Shown: piece by piece, positions 18,527-28,826 of the stretch
How positions within the stretch are numbered: position 1 is the first letter of the stretch
How the letters are laid out: every line of letters begins with the position of its first letter
DNA from: a virus
IMG/VR virus record: IMGVR_UViG_3300028666_000023
Coordinates: 1 to 57,103 of that record
DNA length: 57,103 nt
Reading direction: 5' to 3' (one strand)
Position numbers and translations under genes: made by a program
Notes under the pieces: generated by a model
The model's input: only the letters and a program-made list of their open reading frames with translations
Told to the model about the DNA's origin: nothing
Databases searched by the model: none

Positions 18527-20617
18527 TCAGACCAAGGGGTTCATGCGGCGGGGCGAGCGTTGTTCCGGGAGCGGCCGCGTGTCGACTTGCGGACCGCCAC
18601 CCCCACCGCCGCCTCCGCCCTTCTTGCCCTTCTTGTCTGACTTCTGCGCGGCGAGCATCTGCCGCACGAGGTCGGCGAGCTCGGGGCTCTGCGTTGCGAG
18701 GTTCTGAATCGCGATCTCTTGGTACTGCTCCGGCATCGTCGCGATGAGGTTCGCCTGCGCGGCAGCGAACGACGGAAGGTCGACGTTGAGCTGGTCCGGC
18801 TGCATCTTGTTGCCGCCCGAGAGCTGACTCGAGACCGCGCTGAGGTAGCTCGCCGGCGTGCCCTGTTGCTGCCCAGGCGGAGCGCCTTGGATGGCCTCGC
18901 CGTTCGGGCCCTGCACTTGGAGCTCCGGGGGCATCTGCTGCTGCTGCTGTGCGCCGCCGGCAGCATCGGCCATCGCGTTGGGTGCAGCACCGGTCGCGCT
19001 TCCGTCGCCGGGCTCGCCAGGGGCGGCGGGGGCCATCATCGCAGCCTGCTGCACCTGCTGCGCCTTCACTTGGAACTTCGCCATGACGAGCTGCGCTTCG
19101 CCCTGGACCGTCGCCATCGCGAGCTGTTGCTTCTTCGTCGCCTCGATGCGCGTGTCCGTCTCGCGAATCATGAGGCGGTTCTCTTCCTCTTGATCGAGAT
19201 CGTCGTCAGCGAGGAGCGTCGTGTCGGAGATCTTGCCCGCGGCGTTGAGCTGGAAGCGGAACGCCTTGCGCTGCAAGTCGTCCGCCATCTTGAACGGCTT
19301 GAAGCGAATCTTCACTTCGGGCCAGCCCATGAAGGCTGCGACCTGCTTCATGATGAAGCGCGCGTGTTGTTTCTGGCTGATGATGTAGCCGAGGAACATG
19401 TTCTCGAGCATGCGCATCGAGACGTTCGTGCCGGCGTAGCTGAGACCACCCTTGATGAACTCGATGGGCACCTGCATGCCGTTGATGATCTGCTCGCTCC
19501 ACTGCTGAATCTCGCCCGTGAGCAGCAGCGCGCGACCGTCACCACCGACCGTCTGCGTGCCGACGGGGAGCGGAAGAATCGGGATGTAGTTCACGTCGTA
19601 GCGCCAGCGAGCGATCTCCGCGGCGATCTGGTCGCGCCAGTCCATCAAGTTGATGGTCGTGTACGGGTCCGACGAACCCGAGCCCGCCTGCGGGAAGAGG
19701 ATGCGCAGCGGCACGACGTGCTCGAGGAGCACCGCCTCCTGCGCCTTCTTCATCAGCTGCAAGTAGAACGTGTCCTTGAGGACGGGGAGAAGAAGCGGCG
19801 TTCCCCAGCCGCGGTCCTGCGTCGCCAGCGTCGGGCGGCGCATGTGGAAGAAGTTCTCCTTCGAGAAGATCACTCCCTTCGACTCGCGCATCGCCTGGAT
19901 GAAGACCTGCGGCACGCCTTCGACGATGTCCTTGCGACCGATGACGATGTCGTTCCGGACGACGGAAGGAATCGTGTAGAAGTGCGTGTAGTCGCCGGTG
20001 ATGTCGTTGTACGTGATCTCGATGTCTTCCGGGTTCCAGCGGATGATTTTGATGCCGCTCGCGTTCTTGTAGTAGTAGTCCTGCGCGTGCGCGTCGCCGA
20101 TGAAGCCGCAGCTTGGGCACGTCAGACGGAACTGGTAGCTCGTGAAGATCCAGTTCGCGCGGCACTTTGAAGCGTCGTCGCGCCAGTTGCAGTTGCGGCA
20201 GTACAAGTACTTCCGGAACGGGAAGCCGAGGCTCGTGCAGCTGTTGCCGTAGCAGTGATAGTCGAGCCCGAACTCGACCTGCTGCGCACGGTACCGCAGG
20301 TGGTCTTGGAAGTACTCCGTCCAGCGCCGACGAACCTCAGGGCTCTCGTGCTCGATGATGATGTCGGTGACCGGGTACTCGGAGAGCTTGAAGATCGTCG
20401 CGTTGATGAGCGGGTTCGTGAGGAAGTAGTAGCGGCACCACTTGAAGAGCTGCTTGACCGTAACGGGCAAGTACGTGTGCGCGACGTCGAAGAACGGCGA
20501 CGGGTAATTGACGCCCGCGATGTTGCCGTTACCGATGCGGCCGCGCGACTGCGCGAAGCGGAGGCCCGATGCCGGACCAGACGCGACACCCATCGGACCT
20601 GCGCCGATGAACGACAT
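18527..20617 (-). CDS. Portal protein
   Basis: 696 aa; YYFLTNPLINATI, FFHMRRP...RGWGTPLLLPVLK...MKKAQEAV...PLRI portal-like pattern; low-complexity Q/A/G tail. Confidence 0.7.
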   Translation of the reverse strand: MSFIGAGPMGVASGPASGLRFAQSRGRIGNGNIAGVNYPSPFFDVAHTYLPVTVKQLFKWCRYYFLTNPLINATIFKLSEYPVTDIIIEHESPEVRRRWTEYFQDHLRYRAQQVEFGLDYHCYGNSCTSLGFPFRKYLYCRNCNWRDDASKCRANWIFTSYQFRLTCPSCGFIGDAHAQDYYYKNASGIKIIRWNPEDIEITYNDITGDYTHFYTIPSVVRNDIVIGRKDIVEGVPQVFIQAMRESKGVIFSKENFFHMRRPTLATQDRGWGTPLLLPVLKDTFYLQLMKKAQEAVLLEHVVPLRILFPQAGSGSSDPYTTINLMDWRDQIAAEIARWRYDVNYIPILPLPVGTQTVGGDGRALLLTGEIQQWSEQIINGMQVPIEFIKGGLSYAGTNVSMRMLENMFLGYIISQKQHARFIMKQVAAFMGWPEVKIRFKPFKMADDLQRKAFRFQLNAAGKISDTTLLADDDLDQEEENRLMIRETDTRIEATKKQQLAMATVQGEAQLVMAKFQVKAQQVQQAAMMAPAAPGEPGDGSATGAAPNAMADAAGGAQQQQQMPPELQVQGPNGEAIQGAPPGQQQGTPASYLSAVSSQLSGGNKMQPDQLNVDLPSFAAAQANLIATMPEQYQEIAIQNLATQSPELADLVRQMLAAQKSDKKGKKGGGGGGGGGPQVDTRPLPEQRSPRRMNPLV

Positions 20618-21669
20618 TAGGAGATCGCTCCAAGGTCAGGAGTCTGACCAGCAGCGGCAGGGCTCGTCACGCGTTCGCTCGGCATGTGTTGTCCTTCCGC
20701 CGGCTCGAGAGGAGGCGGTCCCAGCGTTGTAGGCGTCGGCTTCCGACCGCGCAAGCGATCTACGCCGCGCCCGACCGCGCTCCCCGCGCGCTCGAGTGCA
20801 CCACCCATCACGGCAGATCCAACGATCGGCATCGCTGCACCGGTGAGACCGCCGAGCGCCATGCCGACGTTCTTCCCCACCGACTCGCCCTTGCCCGCGC
20901 CTTCGGTCTTCTCCTTCGAGAGCGCGGCATGCGCAACGCTGGCTGCCGGCAGTCCGAGGGACATGACCGCCATGCCGGGGTGCATGTTGCGGACTTGGTC
21001 TTTCACGCTTGCCTCGAGCGTCGGGCGCAAGCCGTTGTCCTTCACCGACTTCAGGTAGCCAGGCACGCTCGTGAGGCCCATCGACTGGACCTTCTCGGCG
21101 GCCTCGAGACCCTTCTTTGCCTTCACTGCACCGCTGACGGCGGGGCCGACGGTCGAGGGATCTTTGATCCACGCTGCGTGGAGAGCGCCCTGCGCAGCCT
21201 CGTGCGCCTTGCGCGCGCCGTACGCGCCGCCGCGCACCTTCTCGAGCTCCGCCGGCGAGAGCGCGCCGGTGAGACTGTGCATCTGCCGCTGACCGAAGCG
21301 CGCGCCCGCGCCGATGATGCCGTCCCGCTGCGTCAGCCAGTCGGGGTTGAGCGCCTTGCTTGCCGCGCCGCCTGCGACGCCGCCGACAGCCGCGCCGAGC
21401 ACGCCGCCCTTCGCCGCGCCGCCGACGCCATGGAGAGCCGCTTGAAGGGCAGCATGTCCCGTCCCCTCTCCGCGCTCCTTCGCCTCCGTGTACCCCTGGC
21501 GCGCGCCGTAACCTGCACCGCCGAGCGCGCCGAGCGTGCCACCGACACCCGCGAGCTGTCCGACGTTCTTCAGGAGCGAGCCGTGTCGAGAGATGAGCGA
21601 GCTGAGGCTGGCCGCCTCTTTGGGCAGCCAGCGCTGGAACGCTTCGAAGAGAACCTCGGAGTCAGACAT
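20617..21669 (-). CDS. Gly/Ala-rich glycine-zipper protein (putative internal or ejection protein)
   Basis: GxxxG tracts such as GVGGTLGALGGAGYG and GGVLGAAVGGVAGG; N-terminal KEAA. Confidence 0.65.
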   Translation of the reverse strand: MSDSEVLFEAFQRWLPKEAASLSSLISRHGSLLKNVGQLAGVGGTLGALGGAGYGARQGYTEAKERGEGTGHAALQAALHGVGGAAKGGVLGAAVGGVAGGAASKALNPDWLTQRDGIIGAGARFGQRQMHSLTGALSPAELEKVRGGAYGARKAHEAAQGALHAAWIKDPSTVGPAVSGAVKAKKGLEAAEKVQSMGLTSVPGYLKSVKDNGLRPTLEASVKDQVRNMHPGMAVMSLGLPAASVAHAALSKEKTEGAGKGESVGKNVGMALGGLTGAAMPIVGSAVMGGALERAGSAVGRGVDRLRGRKPTPTTLGPPPLEPAEGQHMPSERVTSPAAAGQTPDLGAIS

Positions 21670-22417
21670 GGAGCTCGAGCTGCTTCTGGAGTCGGGCGCG
21701 GCTCTCCTCGAGGTACTCGTTCACCGAGAGAAGGCGGCGGAGTTGTTCATCCAAGATGGTACTCCCGGTCGGCGCCTTTCCAGAAGCTCGAACGTCGGGC
21801 CATGCCTTGAGGAGCGCTTGGGGGTCGACGGAGTCGGGCGCGGTGAGGGAGACGAAGTTCGCCGGCGGGAGCGCGAGGAAGATCTCGTCGTGCTCGTAGA
21901 CCGCGGTGATGTACGCCTTCACTTCGTCGGACCACGAGACGTCGTTGCGGATGCGCGCGGCGATGTCGCAGGCGACGAGCACCTGCCCGACGGCGGGGAT
22001 CTGCATGTCGCGGAAGTCGGGGAACTCCCCGTTGAACGCCATCAAGCACCACGAATAGACCTCCCAGCGCTCCCAAAAGGAGTCGACGAGATGGAGCGTG
22101 CGGCACGCTTGGATCTTCTCGAGGTTGAGGTCGCTGAGGGACGGCGTGTTGAAGTCGTGTGGGATGGTGAGCTGGAGCGTCTCCGCTTCCCACGTGAGCC
22201 AGTCCGCGCCGTAGCGGCCGACGAGCGCGAGATCTAGCGCGATCGGGTGCGCGTCGGGGTGCTGCCAGATGTTGACCTTCGTCACCGCGCCCGCCGCGGC
22301 AGTCGACGTAGGAGCGACCTCTTTGTCGTGGCTGAGATCCTCGACGATGGCCGTCTCCGCCATCTTGATGCCGACGCTTTTCAGGGCGTCGAGGAACGCA
22401 TGCTCCGGGGTCGTCAC
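21662..22417 (-). CDS. Hypothetical protein (head module)
   Basis: 251-aa ORF between coupled neighbours; GAGGGG RBS. Confidence 0.75.
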   Translation of the reverse strand: MTTPEHAFLDALKSVGIKMAETAIVEDLSHDKEVAPTSTAAAGAVTKVNIWQHPDAHPIALDLALVGRYGADWLTWEAETLQLTIPHDFNTPSLSDLNLEKIQACRTLHLVDSFWERWEVYSWCLMAFNGEFPDFRDMQIPAVGQVLVACDIAARIRNDVSWSDEVKAYITAVYEHDEIFLALPPANFVSLTAPDSVDPQALLKAWPDVRASGKAPTGSTILDEQLRRLLSVNEYLEESRARLQKQLELHV

Positions 22418-22424
22418 GTGCCCC

Positions 22425-23900
22425 TCAGCCGATGTACGTACGTTCGACGCCGGGCTGCGTGCTGACCGCCATGCGCATCAGCATCTTCTTTTGGTCGAGC
22501 GGCAGGCTCTTGAAGATGCCGACCGGGTCCTTGAGGAACTCTTCCTGGAAGTCCGAGCCGAAGGTCGTCTTCACAGAGAAGGCGCCGATCTTGGCGAGGC
22601 GGTGCAGGTCCTCCGCGGTGACCATGTCGTTGCCGATGACCTCGCTCCACGCCTCGTCGGCGCGCTTCTCGAAGCCGAGCACCGAGTAGTACGGGTCGGG
22701 GATCGAGCGGTCGTAGTGGTGGTTGAGGCCGGCAACCTTGTCGAACTCGGAGAGGATCTCAGCGGCGCGCTCGGCGGGGATGAGCTCGATCGTCTGCCCT
22801 TCCTTCCACATCTTCTCGCGCGTGAGGCGCTCGACGCCGGCGAGGAGATCCAACGCGTCGTCGTTGCCCTGAAGCTCGAGGCGTCGCGCGTCGAAGGCGG
22901 CCTTGATCTGTCCTTCCGGCGCGTAGTCGTTCGCACCGTACTTCATCGCGAGATCGCTCACGCGGATGTCGAGCGCCAGCGCGCGTTTCACCAAGTTCGA
23001 CGCGTACTCGTGCCGCGTCGCAGGAGCGAAGCCGCGGAAGTTCTCGTCGAAGTACGCGCTCGCGGTCTTCACCTGCGCGTAGCTGTCGAGCGGGTATCGC
23101 TTCTGGGAGGGGACGGCGAAGGCCGAGGCTTCCTTCTTCGTCACCATCGTCGGCGGCGCGCTGTTGGAGACGTCGACCGTCGGGCGGAGGTGCGCGGCCT
23201 GCGGGTGCTTGGCCGGTTGCTCCTTGTGCTCCGTGTGGAGGTTGTCGTCCGGACAGTTTTCTTTTCCCTTGTGGGAGACGAGGTGACCGACCGAGGAGGT
23301 CTTGGCGATCACCGAAAGCTGCGGGCGCACCTTCGGGTCGGATGATGGCGCGTAGGGCATCACCGACGTGCCCGACGCTTCGGCGGTCTTGCCGAGTGCG
23401 GCGTCGCGCATCTGCGGCGTCACGATGCCAGCGCCTGCTCCCTCGAGCGCGCGCGTCGCGCTCATGTTCTGTTTGATGGAAGCGGCCGTGCCCTTCGCGA
23501 TCGGGAGGGCGGTGAGAGCCGTCATCGCCGTGCCGAGGCCGAGGGCGATCTTCTCGATCGGCTCGGGTACCTCGAGGTCGTACCAGCTACACGCCGTCTT
23601 CAAGTTCTCGGCGGCGGTCTTCTGCGCCTCGACCGGGAGCTTGAACGCGTTCTTCAAGAAGTACTGGAGCGAGAGCTCGGTGTTGCCGGGGTCGGTGCAC
23701 GCGAACTTCCGGAGCTTCTCGCCGTGGTTGATGAGGACGAGAGCGAAGACGTCGTCGGGCAGACGCGCGAGCTCGTCGCCGACGAGAACGTGCGCAGTCT
23801 TCACCTGCGCAGGGACGTCGTCGAACGTCGGCCAGATCTCCCGGAGGACGTTTCCGTTGAAGTCGTCGAACACGTCGAGAACAAGGCCGCCCATCTCCAT
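22425..23900 (-). CDS. Putative virion head protein rich in K-x-A motifs
   Basis: From ORF 22425..24014, probable start MEMGG at 23900; KTAH, KTAA, KTAC, KIAL, KTAE, KEAS, KTAS, KRAD. Confidence 0.7.
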   Translation of the reverse strand: MEMGGLVLDVFDDFNGNVLREIWPTFDDVPAQVKTAHVLVGDELARLPDDVFALVLINHGEKLRKFACTDPGNTELSLQYFLKNAFKLPVEAQKTAAENLKTACSWYDLEVPEPIEKIALGLGTAMTALTALPIAKGTAASIKQNMSATRALEGAGAGIVTPQMRDAALGKTAEASGTSVMPYAPSSDPKVRPQLSVIAKTSSVGHLVSHKGKENCPDDNLHTEHKEQPAKHPQAAHLRPTVDVSNSAPPTMVTKKEASAFAVPSQKRYPLDSYAQVKTASAYFDENFRGFAPATRHEYASNLVKRALALDIRVSDLAMKYGANDYAPEGQIKAAFDARRLELQGNDDALDLLAGVERLTREKMWKEGQTIELIPAERAAEILSEFDKVAGLNHHYDRSIPDPYYSVLGFEKRADEAWSEVIGNDMVTAEDLHRLAKIGAFSVKTTFGSDFQEEFLKDPVGIFKSLPLDQKKMLMRMAVSTQPGVERTYIG

Positions 23901-23907
23901 GAGGCTC

Positions 23908-23913
23908 ATCCTA
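23908..23913 (-). promoter_or_regulatory. -10-like box TAGGAT 7 nt before ATG
   Basis: Lies in the divergent gap at the head of the portal operon. Confidence 0.4.
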
Positions 23914-23963
23914 CACGCTGGAACGTCGAATTGGTACTGGCGATTCGGAAGGAGAAACAAGGA

Positions 23964-23978
23964 ATAAGGACTGCGAGG
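23964..23978 (+). promoter_or_regulatory. ATAAG-type phage promoter candidate
   Basis: ATAAGGACTGCGAGG at the head of the plus-strand DNA metabolism operon. Confidence 0.6.
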
Positions 23979-24007
23979 CAGTACTGCTTCCAGCAAGGAG
24001 TCACAAC

Positions 24008-24646
24008 ATGACAATGGCGGTTCCTATGCAACCGCAGAAGGATGTAGTCCCCCCATGCTTTGGAAAAGAGTGGGACCACAACGAGCCGGAATGCGCCGGC
24101 GGTCCCGACCCGAATTTCCAAGCAGCTGATGGTGGGCACATCCGTCCGCAATGTGCGGTCTTCGCGCGCTGTGGCGCGCGCACTCAAGCAATGAAACAAG
24201 CGACGGCACCGAACGTAGTGCCGGCGTCGTCTCTCACTAGACCTCCGATGGTCACGCCTCCCCCGCAACAAGCTCCGCGTACGTGGCCCGACTACATCGC
24301 GCAGCAAGCGCAACGACAGAACGCGCCTCCGCCTCCCTCAGCTTGGGTAGAGCGGCAGCGCTTGGAAGCGATGACGGCCGCACGGCCGCCCCTACAGCCA
24401 CCGATGCACAGCGCTCCACCGACGTTCCAGCACAACTATCCGATCCACTCGCCGGCGGTTCGGTACGAGTTGAACTACACGATGCCGGGTTACTTGACGA
24501 CTCCGGAAGAGCGTGGTCAAGGAGAGAGTCTGCTGGCCGTGATCTTCCGGGAGATCATCCGCGCCATCTTCAAGGCAGTCGGCCACACCGTGGCGCACTC
24601 GTTCGACACGAGGACGCTCAAGGGGCCGCCGCCCAACGACAAGTGA
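24008..24646 (+). CDS. Hypothetical protein with Cys4 N-terminus and Pro/Gln-rich linker
   Basis: PPCFGKEWD...ECAGG...QCAVFARC; AAGGAG RBS. Confidence 0.75.
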   Translation: MTMAVPMQPQKDVVPPCFGKEWDHNEPECAGGPDPNFQAADGGHIRPQCAVFARCGARTQAMKQATAPNVVPASSLTRPPMVTPPPQQAPRTWPDYIAQQAQRQNAPPPPSAWVERQRLEAMTAARPPLQPPMHSAPPTFQHNYPIHSPAVRYELNYTMPGYLTTPEERGQGESLLAVIFREIIRAIFKAVGHTVAHSFDTRTLKGPPPNDK

Positions 24647-24664
24647 AAGGACCATAGGGCACAC

Positions 24665-26443
24665 ATGAAGCTGTTGGTTCGTCGGCCGGACACCGGCTAT
24701 CTCGACACAAGCCTCTGGGTGCCCAAGTCCGCCATCAATCTAGAGGGAGTACAACGGGCACTCACCTTCCAGCTCTTCGAGCGCGGAACTACAACCGTCC
24801 TCACGATGTGGAAAGAGACGGCAGACCACATCGTTGTACCGCGTGAGTTCTGGCAGCCCTCGGACTTCACGTTTCCTGTCGTCGACTGCCGACAGCAGTC
24901 GTACCCGCAGGTCGACATCAAGAGCCGCATCCAGCTGGACCACCGACGCGCCAAGGACGGGTCGGTGGTTCCGACGGGCGACACCGTCCAGCGCGAGGCG
25001 ATGAGCGCGCTCCTCTCTTCGCGCGGCGGCATTCTGCAGCTCGCGTGTGGCAAGGGAAAGACGGTGGTGGCGCTCGACTGGATTGCGCGGCGGGGCGTGC
25101 CGGCGATCATCATCCTCGACACGACGATGCTCGTGGAGCAGTGGGCGGGGGAGATCGCACTGCACCTCGACGTTCCGGATGGAGTCGGCCGCATCCAAGG
25201 GCCGATCTTCGACTGGAAGAAGCCGATTGTTCTTTCTACCTACCATACGCTGGCGAACATCTCGTCTTCAATGCCAGAAGAAGTACGGCGCTGGTTCGGC
25301 AGCATCGTCTGGGATGAAGCGCACCACGTCGGCGCGCCGATGTTCTCGAAGTCAGCGGACATCTTCGATGGAATGCGTCTCGGGCTCACCGCAACGCCCA
25401 AGCGCGACGACGGCTCTGACGTCATCCACAGCTTCCACATCGGGCCGATCATCTACAAGAACTTGAAGCAGGCGATGAAGCCGCGGATCTACTTCAAGTG
25501 GAGCGGGTTCGGCATCGACACACAGGACCCGTACGTGAAGTCTCAGGTCATCGACTCGACCGGTGAGGTCCACATCGGCAAGGTGGCCTCGTACTTCGCG
25601 CGCGTGAAGGCACGCATCGACTTCACCCTCAACGAAGTCCGGCAGGCAGTCGCCGCAGACCGACGCGTGCTCGTCGTCTCGAAGTCGGTCGACGCGCTCG
25701 TGAACATGCTCGCGGTGTGGAACAACTACCCCTCGCTCATGACGGACATCCCGTTTCCGCATCAGTCGGAAGTGGGGGGCGCGGTGCCGCCGGTGGAGAT
25801 GACGGCGAAAGATCTCCGGCGGTCGGGCAAGACGCTGGGGATGCTGCGGGACAAGCTCGCGCAGAACCGCTCGAAGGATCCCGTGAAGGATGGGATGACG
25901 GTCTCGTATCTCGAGCAGAAGTTTGCGGCGCACGAGGTCTGGAAAAGGTGCAGCCGACTGTGGGAAAAGAAACGTGGGGAGTACCTGAAGAAGCTCCTCC
26001 AAGTGCAGAGCACCGCCGGCCTCATGATCGGCGACATCAAGCCTGCCGAGCGCATGAAGATGCTCCGCGAGAAGCAGGTGAACTTCTGCATCGCGAAGTA
26101 CGGCCGCGAGGCCCTCGACGAGAAACGCTTGAACACGATGATCGTGAACGAGCCTGCGTCACGCAAAGAAGGAGTGCAGCAGCTCCTCGGCCGCGTGCTC
26201 CGCGAGCTCGATGGTGACGACACCGAACGCATCGTTGTCTTCATCGAAGACGACGTCGGACCGTTCATCGGCATGTGCCAGAAGATTCGCAAGACGCTGA
26301 GGGAGTGGCCCGACGACGAAGGCGGGCGCCTCGAATACGAGAACCTCGGCCATCCAACCAGCAAGGGAAAACAAAAGCAATGGAACAAGAGAGACCTCTA
26401 CCAGACGCGGATGACCTCACTACGGGGACCTGGATCGTCGTAG
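24665..26443 (+). CDS. Superfamily 2 DNA helicase (UvsW/XPB-like)
   Basis: ACGKGKT, WDEAHH, GLTATP, QLLGRVLR. Confidence 0.9.
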   Translation: MKLLVRRPDTGYLDTSLWVPKSAINLEGVQRALTFQLFERGTTTVLTMWKETADHIVVPREFWQPSDFTFPVVDCRQQSYPQVDIKSRIQLDHRRAKDGSVVPTGDTVQREAMSALLSSRGGILQLACGKGKTVVALDWIARRGVPAIIILDTTMLVEQWAGEIALHLDVPDGVGRIQGPIFDWKKPIVLSTYHTLANISSSMPEEVRRWFGSIVWDEAHHVGAPMFSKSADIFDGMRLGLTATPKRDDGSDVIHSFHIGPIIYKNLKQAMKPRIYFKWSGFGIDTQDPYVKSQVIDSTGEVHIGKVASYFARVKARIDFTLNEVRQAVAADRRVLVVSKSVDALVNMLAVWNNYPSLMTDIPFPHQSEVGGAVPPVEMTAKDLRRSGKTLGMLRDKLAQNRSKDPVKDGMTVSYLEQKFAAHEVWKRCSRLWEKKRGEYLKKLLQVQSTAGLMIGDIKPAERMKMLREKQVNFCIAKYGREALDEKRLNTMIVNEPASRKEGVQQLLGRVLRELDGDDTERIVVFIEDDVGPFIGMCQKIRKTLREWPDDEGGRLEYENLGHPTSKGKQKQWNKRDLYQTRMTSLRGPGSS

Positions 26444-26910
26444 TCCCGGCGACGCCGCGTTCTTTCATCGGGCGCGTCATGGAGCTCGACGGCGCGCGCG
26501 ACTTCGACGACACGCAGTCGTTTCAGTGGTCGCGCGGTCGCATCATGACGGCGTCCATCGTGACGCTCTTCCCCGCTTTCGACTTCCTCGTGCAGCAGCG
26601 CTCCGTCCCCCTCCTGGGCGAGGATCGCAAGCCGAGGGTCGATCCGAGCACCGGCTTGCCCGAGCTCGGCATCGAGCGCCAGCCGTACGTGAACTCGCTG
26701 GACTTCACGATCTACCCGACGCCGTTCGACGTCCGCCTCTCCATGGCTGTGGGTATCTACCACTTCAGCCAGATGCATCAGGCCGACGTCGCGCAGTACC
26801 GCGCGTTCCTGAAGACCGCCATCGAGCACCAGAAGCGCTACCGCCAAGCTGCTTCGAACATCGTCGCGCCGACAGACAAAGAACGCGCGGCGATCGTCCG
26901 TGGTCGCTAA
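26380..26910 (+). CDS. Hypothetical protein
   Basis: From ORF 26275..26910, start MEQERP. Confidence 0.7.
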   Translation: MEQERPLPDADDLTTGTWIVVVPATPRSFIGRVMELDGARDFDDTQSFQWSRGRIMTASIVTLFPAFDFLVQQRSVPLLGEDRKPRVDPSTGLPELGIERQPYVNSLDFTIYPTPFDVRLSMAVGIYHFSQMHQADVAQYRAFLKTAIEHQKRYRQAASNIVAPTDKERAAIVRGR

Positions 26911-27757
26911 CGCGAACAAGACGCTCCCCCAGCTTCGAGACGAATGGTCCAGTTGCACGAAGTGCAAACTCGGCGAGCGGCGGCTCGCTGAAGAGGGCTC
27001 GTTCGTCTTCGGCTACGGGGCGCGGCGGGCCGTGATGTTCATCGGCGAAGGCCCTGGCGTCGAGGAGGAGAAGCAGGGCATCCCGTTCGTCGGGCGGAGC
27101 GGCAAGCTTCTCCACACCGTGCTGCAGGCGCTGAAGCTCGAGCAGTACTACATCTCGAACATCGTCTCCTGCCGCTCGTGCGAACCGCGTGTGGATGCCA
27201 AGGGCAACCCGATGCTGCGAAAGAACTGGGAGACGAAGAAGATGGAGCTCGCCTACCAGGACATCCCTCCACTTCCGATGTTCATGGAGGCGTGCTTCCC
27301 GCGGCTGTACGAGGAGATCTACCTCGTCGACCCGGTCATCGTCGTAGGTCTCGGCGCCACCGCCTGCGAGGCGCTGCTGAAGAGGCCCGTCACCATCACG
27401 CGCATGCACGGCAACATGACGCACATCGATGTGCCGGGGGCAGTACACCGGCCGTCGCTCACTCCCGGCGGGAAGTGGGCGCGCAAGTCGCTCGGCGTTC
27501 TCAACGCGCCGACGGAGCAGAACCAGGTGCAGTACTTGTTCATGCCGACGCTGCACCCGGCGTTCGTCCTCCGCAGCATCCAGGACAAGGACGCGCGGAG
27601 TTGGTTTCAGCAGTTCTACGCCGACGTCGCGAAAGCGGTGCAGACGTACAACGCGTATCTCGAAGCTGTGGTGGGCACGCCGGCCGGGCCGGAAGCCCCG
27701 AACGGCGATGACGTGTGGGAGACGTATCTCAAGACACTGGAGTCAGAAAATGGGTAA
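26900..27757 (+). CDS. udg: Uracil-DNA glycosylase family 4 (Fe-S type)
   Basis: [43 protein letters not shown]. Confidence 0.9.
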   Translation: MVANANKTLPQLRDEWSSCTKCKLGERRLAEEGSFVFGYGARRAVMFIGEGPGVEEEKQGIPFVGRSGKLLHTVLQALKLEQYYISNIVSCRSCEPRVDAKGNPMLRKNWETKKMELAYQDIPPLPMFMEACFPRLYEEIYLVDPVIVVGLGATACEALLKRPVTITRMHGNMTHIDVPGAVHRPSLTPGGKWARKSLGVLNAPTEQNQVQYLFMPTLHPAFVLRSIQDKDARSWFQQFYADVAKAVQTYNAYLEAVVGTPAGPEAPNGDDVWETYLKTLESENG

Positions 27758-28184
27758 GGCGATTCAAAAGGCGAACATGACCGACTTCCCCGAGGTCATG
27801 GCGTTCGAGCAAGCGAAGTCCGACATCGAGGAATACAAGGCGATGCACAAGGAGGTCTTCGAGACCTTCGATGCACTCGTCGAGCGCTACAACACTTCGC
27901 TCGAGGCAGCCGACAAGTCCTGCCGCGCCGCTGAAGTGAACTGCGGACCGTTCGACTTGTATCAGTACAAGACGACGTACGACGCGGAGAAGTTCTACAA
28001 CGCGGTCGGTCGCAACCAGTTCCTCGAGCTCGGTGGCAGCACGGGCACGAAGACGACCTACGAGATCGACAAGGCTCGTTTCGAAGCGAGCGTCGCGGCG
28101 AAGAAGATCTCCAAGGAGGTCGTCGACATGGTCCGCAAGGAATCCCCCGCGTACCACACACCGAAGAAGGCGGTCATCCCGTGA
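27750..28184 (+). CDS. Hypothetical protein
   Basis: From ORF 27429..28184, start MGKAIQK with GGAG RBS. Confidence 0.75.
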   Translation: MGKAIQKANMTDFPEVMAFEQAKSDIEEYKAMHKEVFETFDALVERYNTSLEAADKSCRAAEVNCGPFDLYQYKTTYDAEKFYNAVGRNQFLELGGSTGTKTTYEIDKARFEASVAAKKISKEVVDMVRKESPAYHTPKKAVIP

Positions 28185-28495
28185 CGAAGGCCCGCGGGAT
28201 CGTCACCGCGGAGGAGAAGAACGGCCGGGAGAGAACGCTCGTCGACACACCGCTCGATGCGTTCCCCGGCCTCTACACTCCGGGACCGCACGCGCACGCG
28301 CGCGTGGAGATGAGCATCGCCAAGGCCATGGGCTACGGGGAGCTGCGTGTTGTCTCACGGGTGGTTCTCGAGTGCGACCAGCAGAAGGCGGTGATAGAAA
28401 AAGCCGGAGAGCTGGCGTTCGAGGAGGCGAAGAACCTCGCGATAACGGGCTTCGAAATCCTCCTCGCGGAATCAAGACAAGAAGGCAGCGGATGA
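28181..28495 (+). CDS. Hypothetical protein
   Basis: 104-aa ORF with GTGA overlap. Confidence 0.7.
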   Translation: MTKARGIVTAEEKNGRERTLVDTPLDAFPGLYTPGPHAHARVEMSIAKAMGYGELRVVSRVVLECDQQKAVIEKAGELAFEEAKNLAITGFEILLAESRQEGSG

Positions 28496-28824
28496 TCAAA
28501 GGCACTCCGAAGATCGACGGCATCGCGGTGGGAGAGTTCGTGGTGAAGTTCACTGGACCTCAAGTCCAGTTCACCGCGAAGGCCGCCTTCGTCAACAACA
28601 AGACTGGGGAGACACACGGGTGGACGGACGCTCTCTCCGCCTCGTGGTCCCCCACAACGATGGAGAAGCTGCAAGAGCTGCGAGCGCTGATGGAGATCGA
28701 TCTCGGTCGGCTGCATCTCGAGGGCGGTGGTGAGGTTCTCGTCGGGCCGAGGAGCGCTGCACCGGTGGCGCAGCAAGCGCATGAAGGCGGCCTCGGCGAG
28801 CACCTCGGCGTGAAGCAAGTCTAA
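28492..28824 (+). CDS. Hypothetical protein
   Basis: From ORF 28033..28824, start MIKGTPK with ATGA overlap. Confidence 0.7.
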   Translation: MIKGTPKIDGIAVGEFVVKFTGPQVQFTAKAAFVNNKTGETHGWTDALSASWSPTTMEKLQELRALMEIDLGRLHLEGGGEVLVGPRSAAPVAQQAHEGGLGEHLGVKQV

Positions 28825-28826
28825 CC

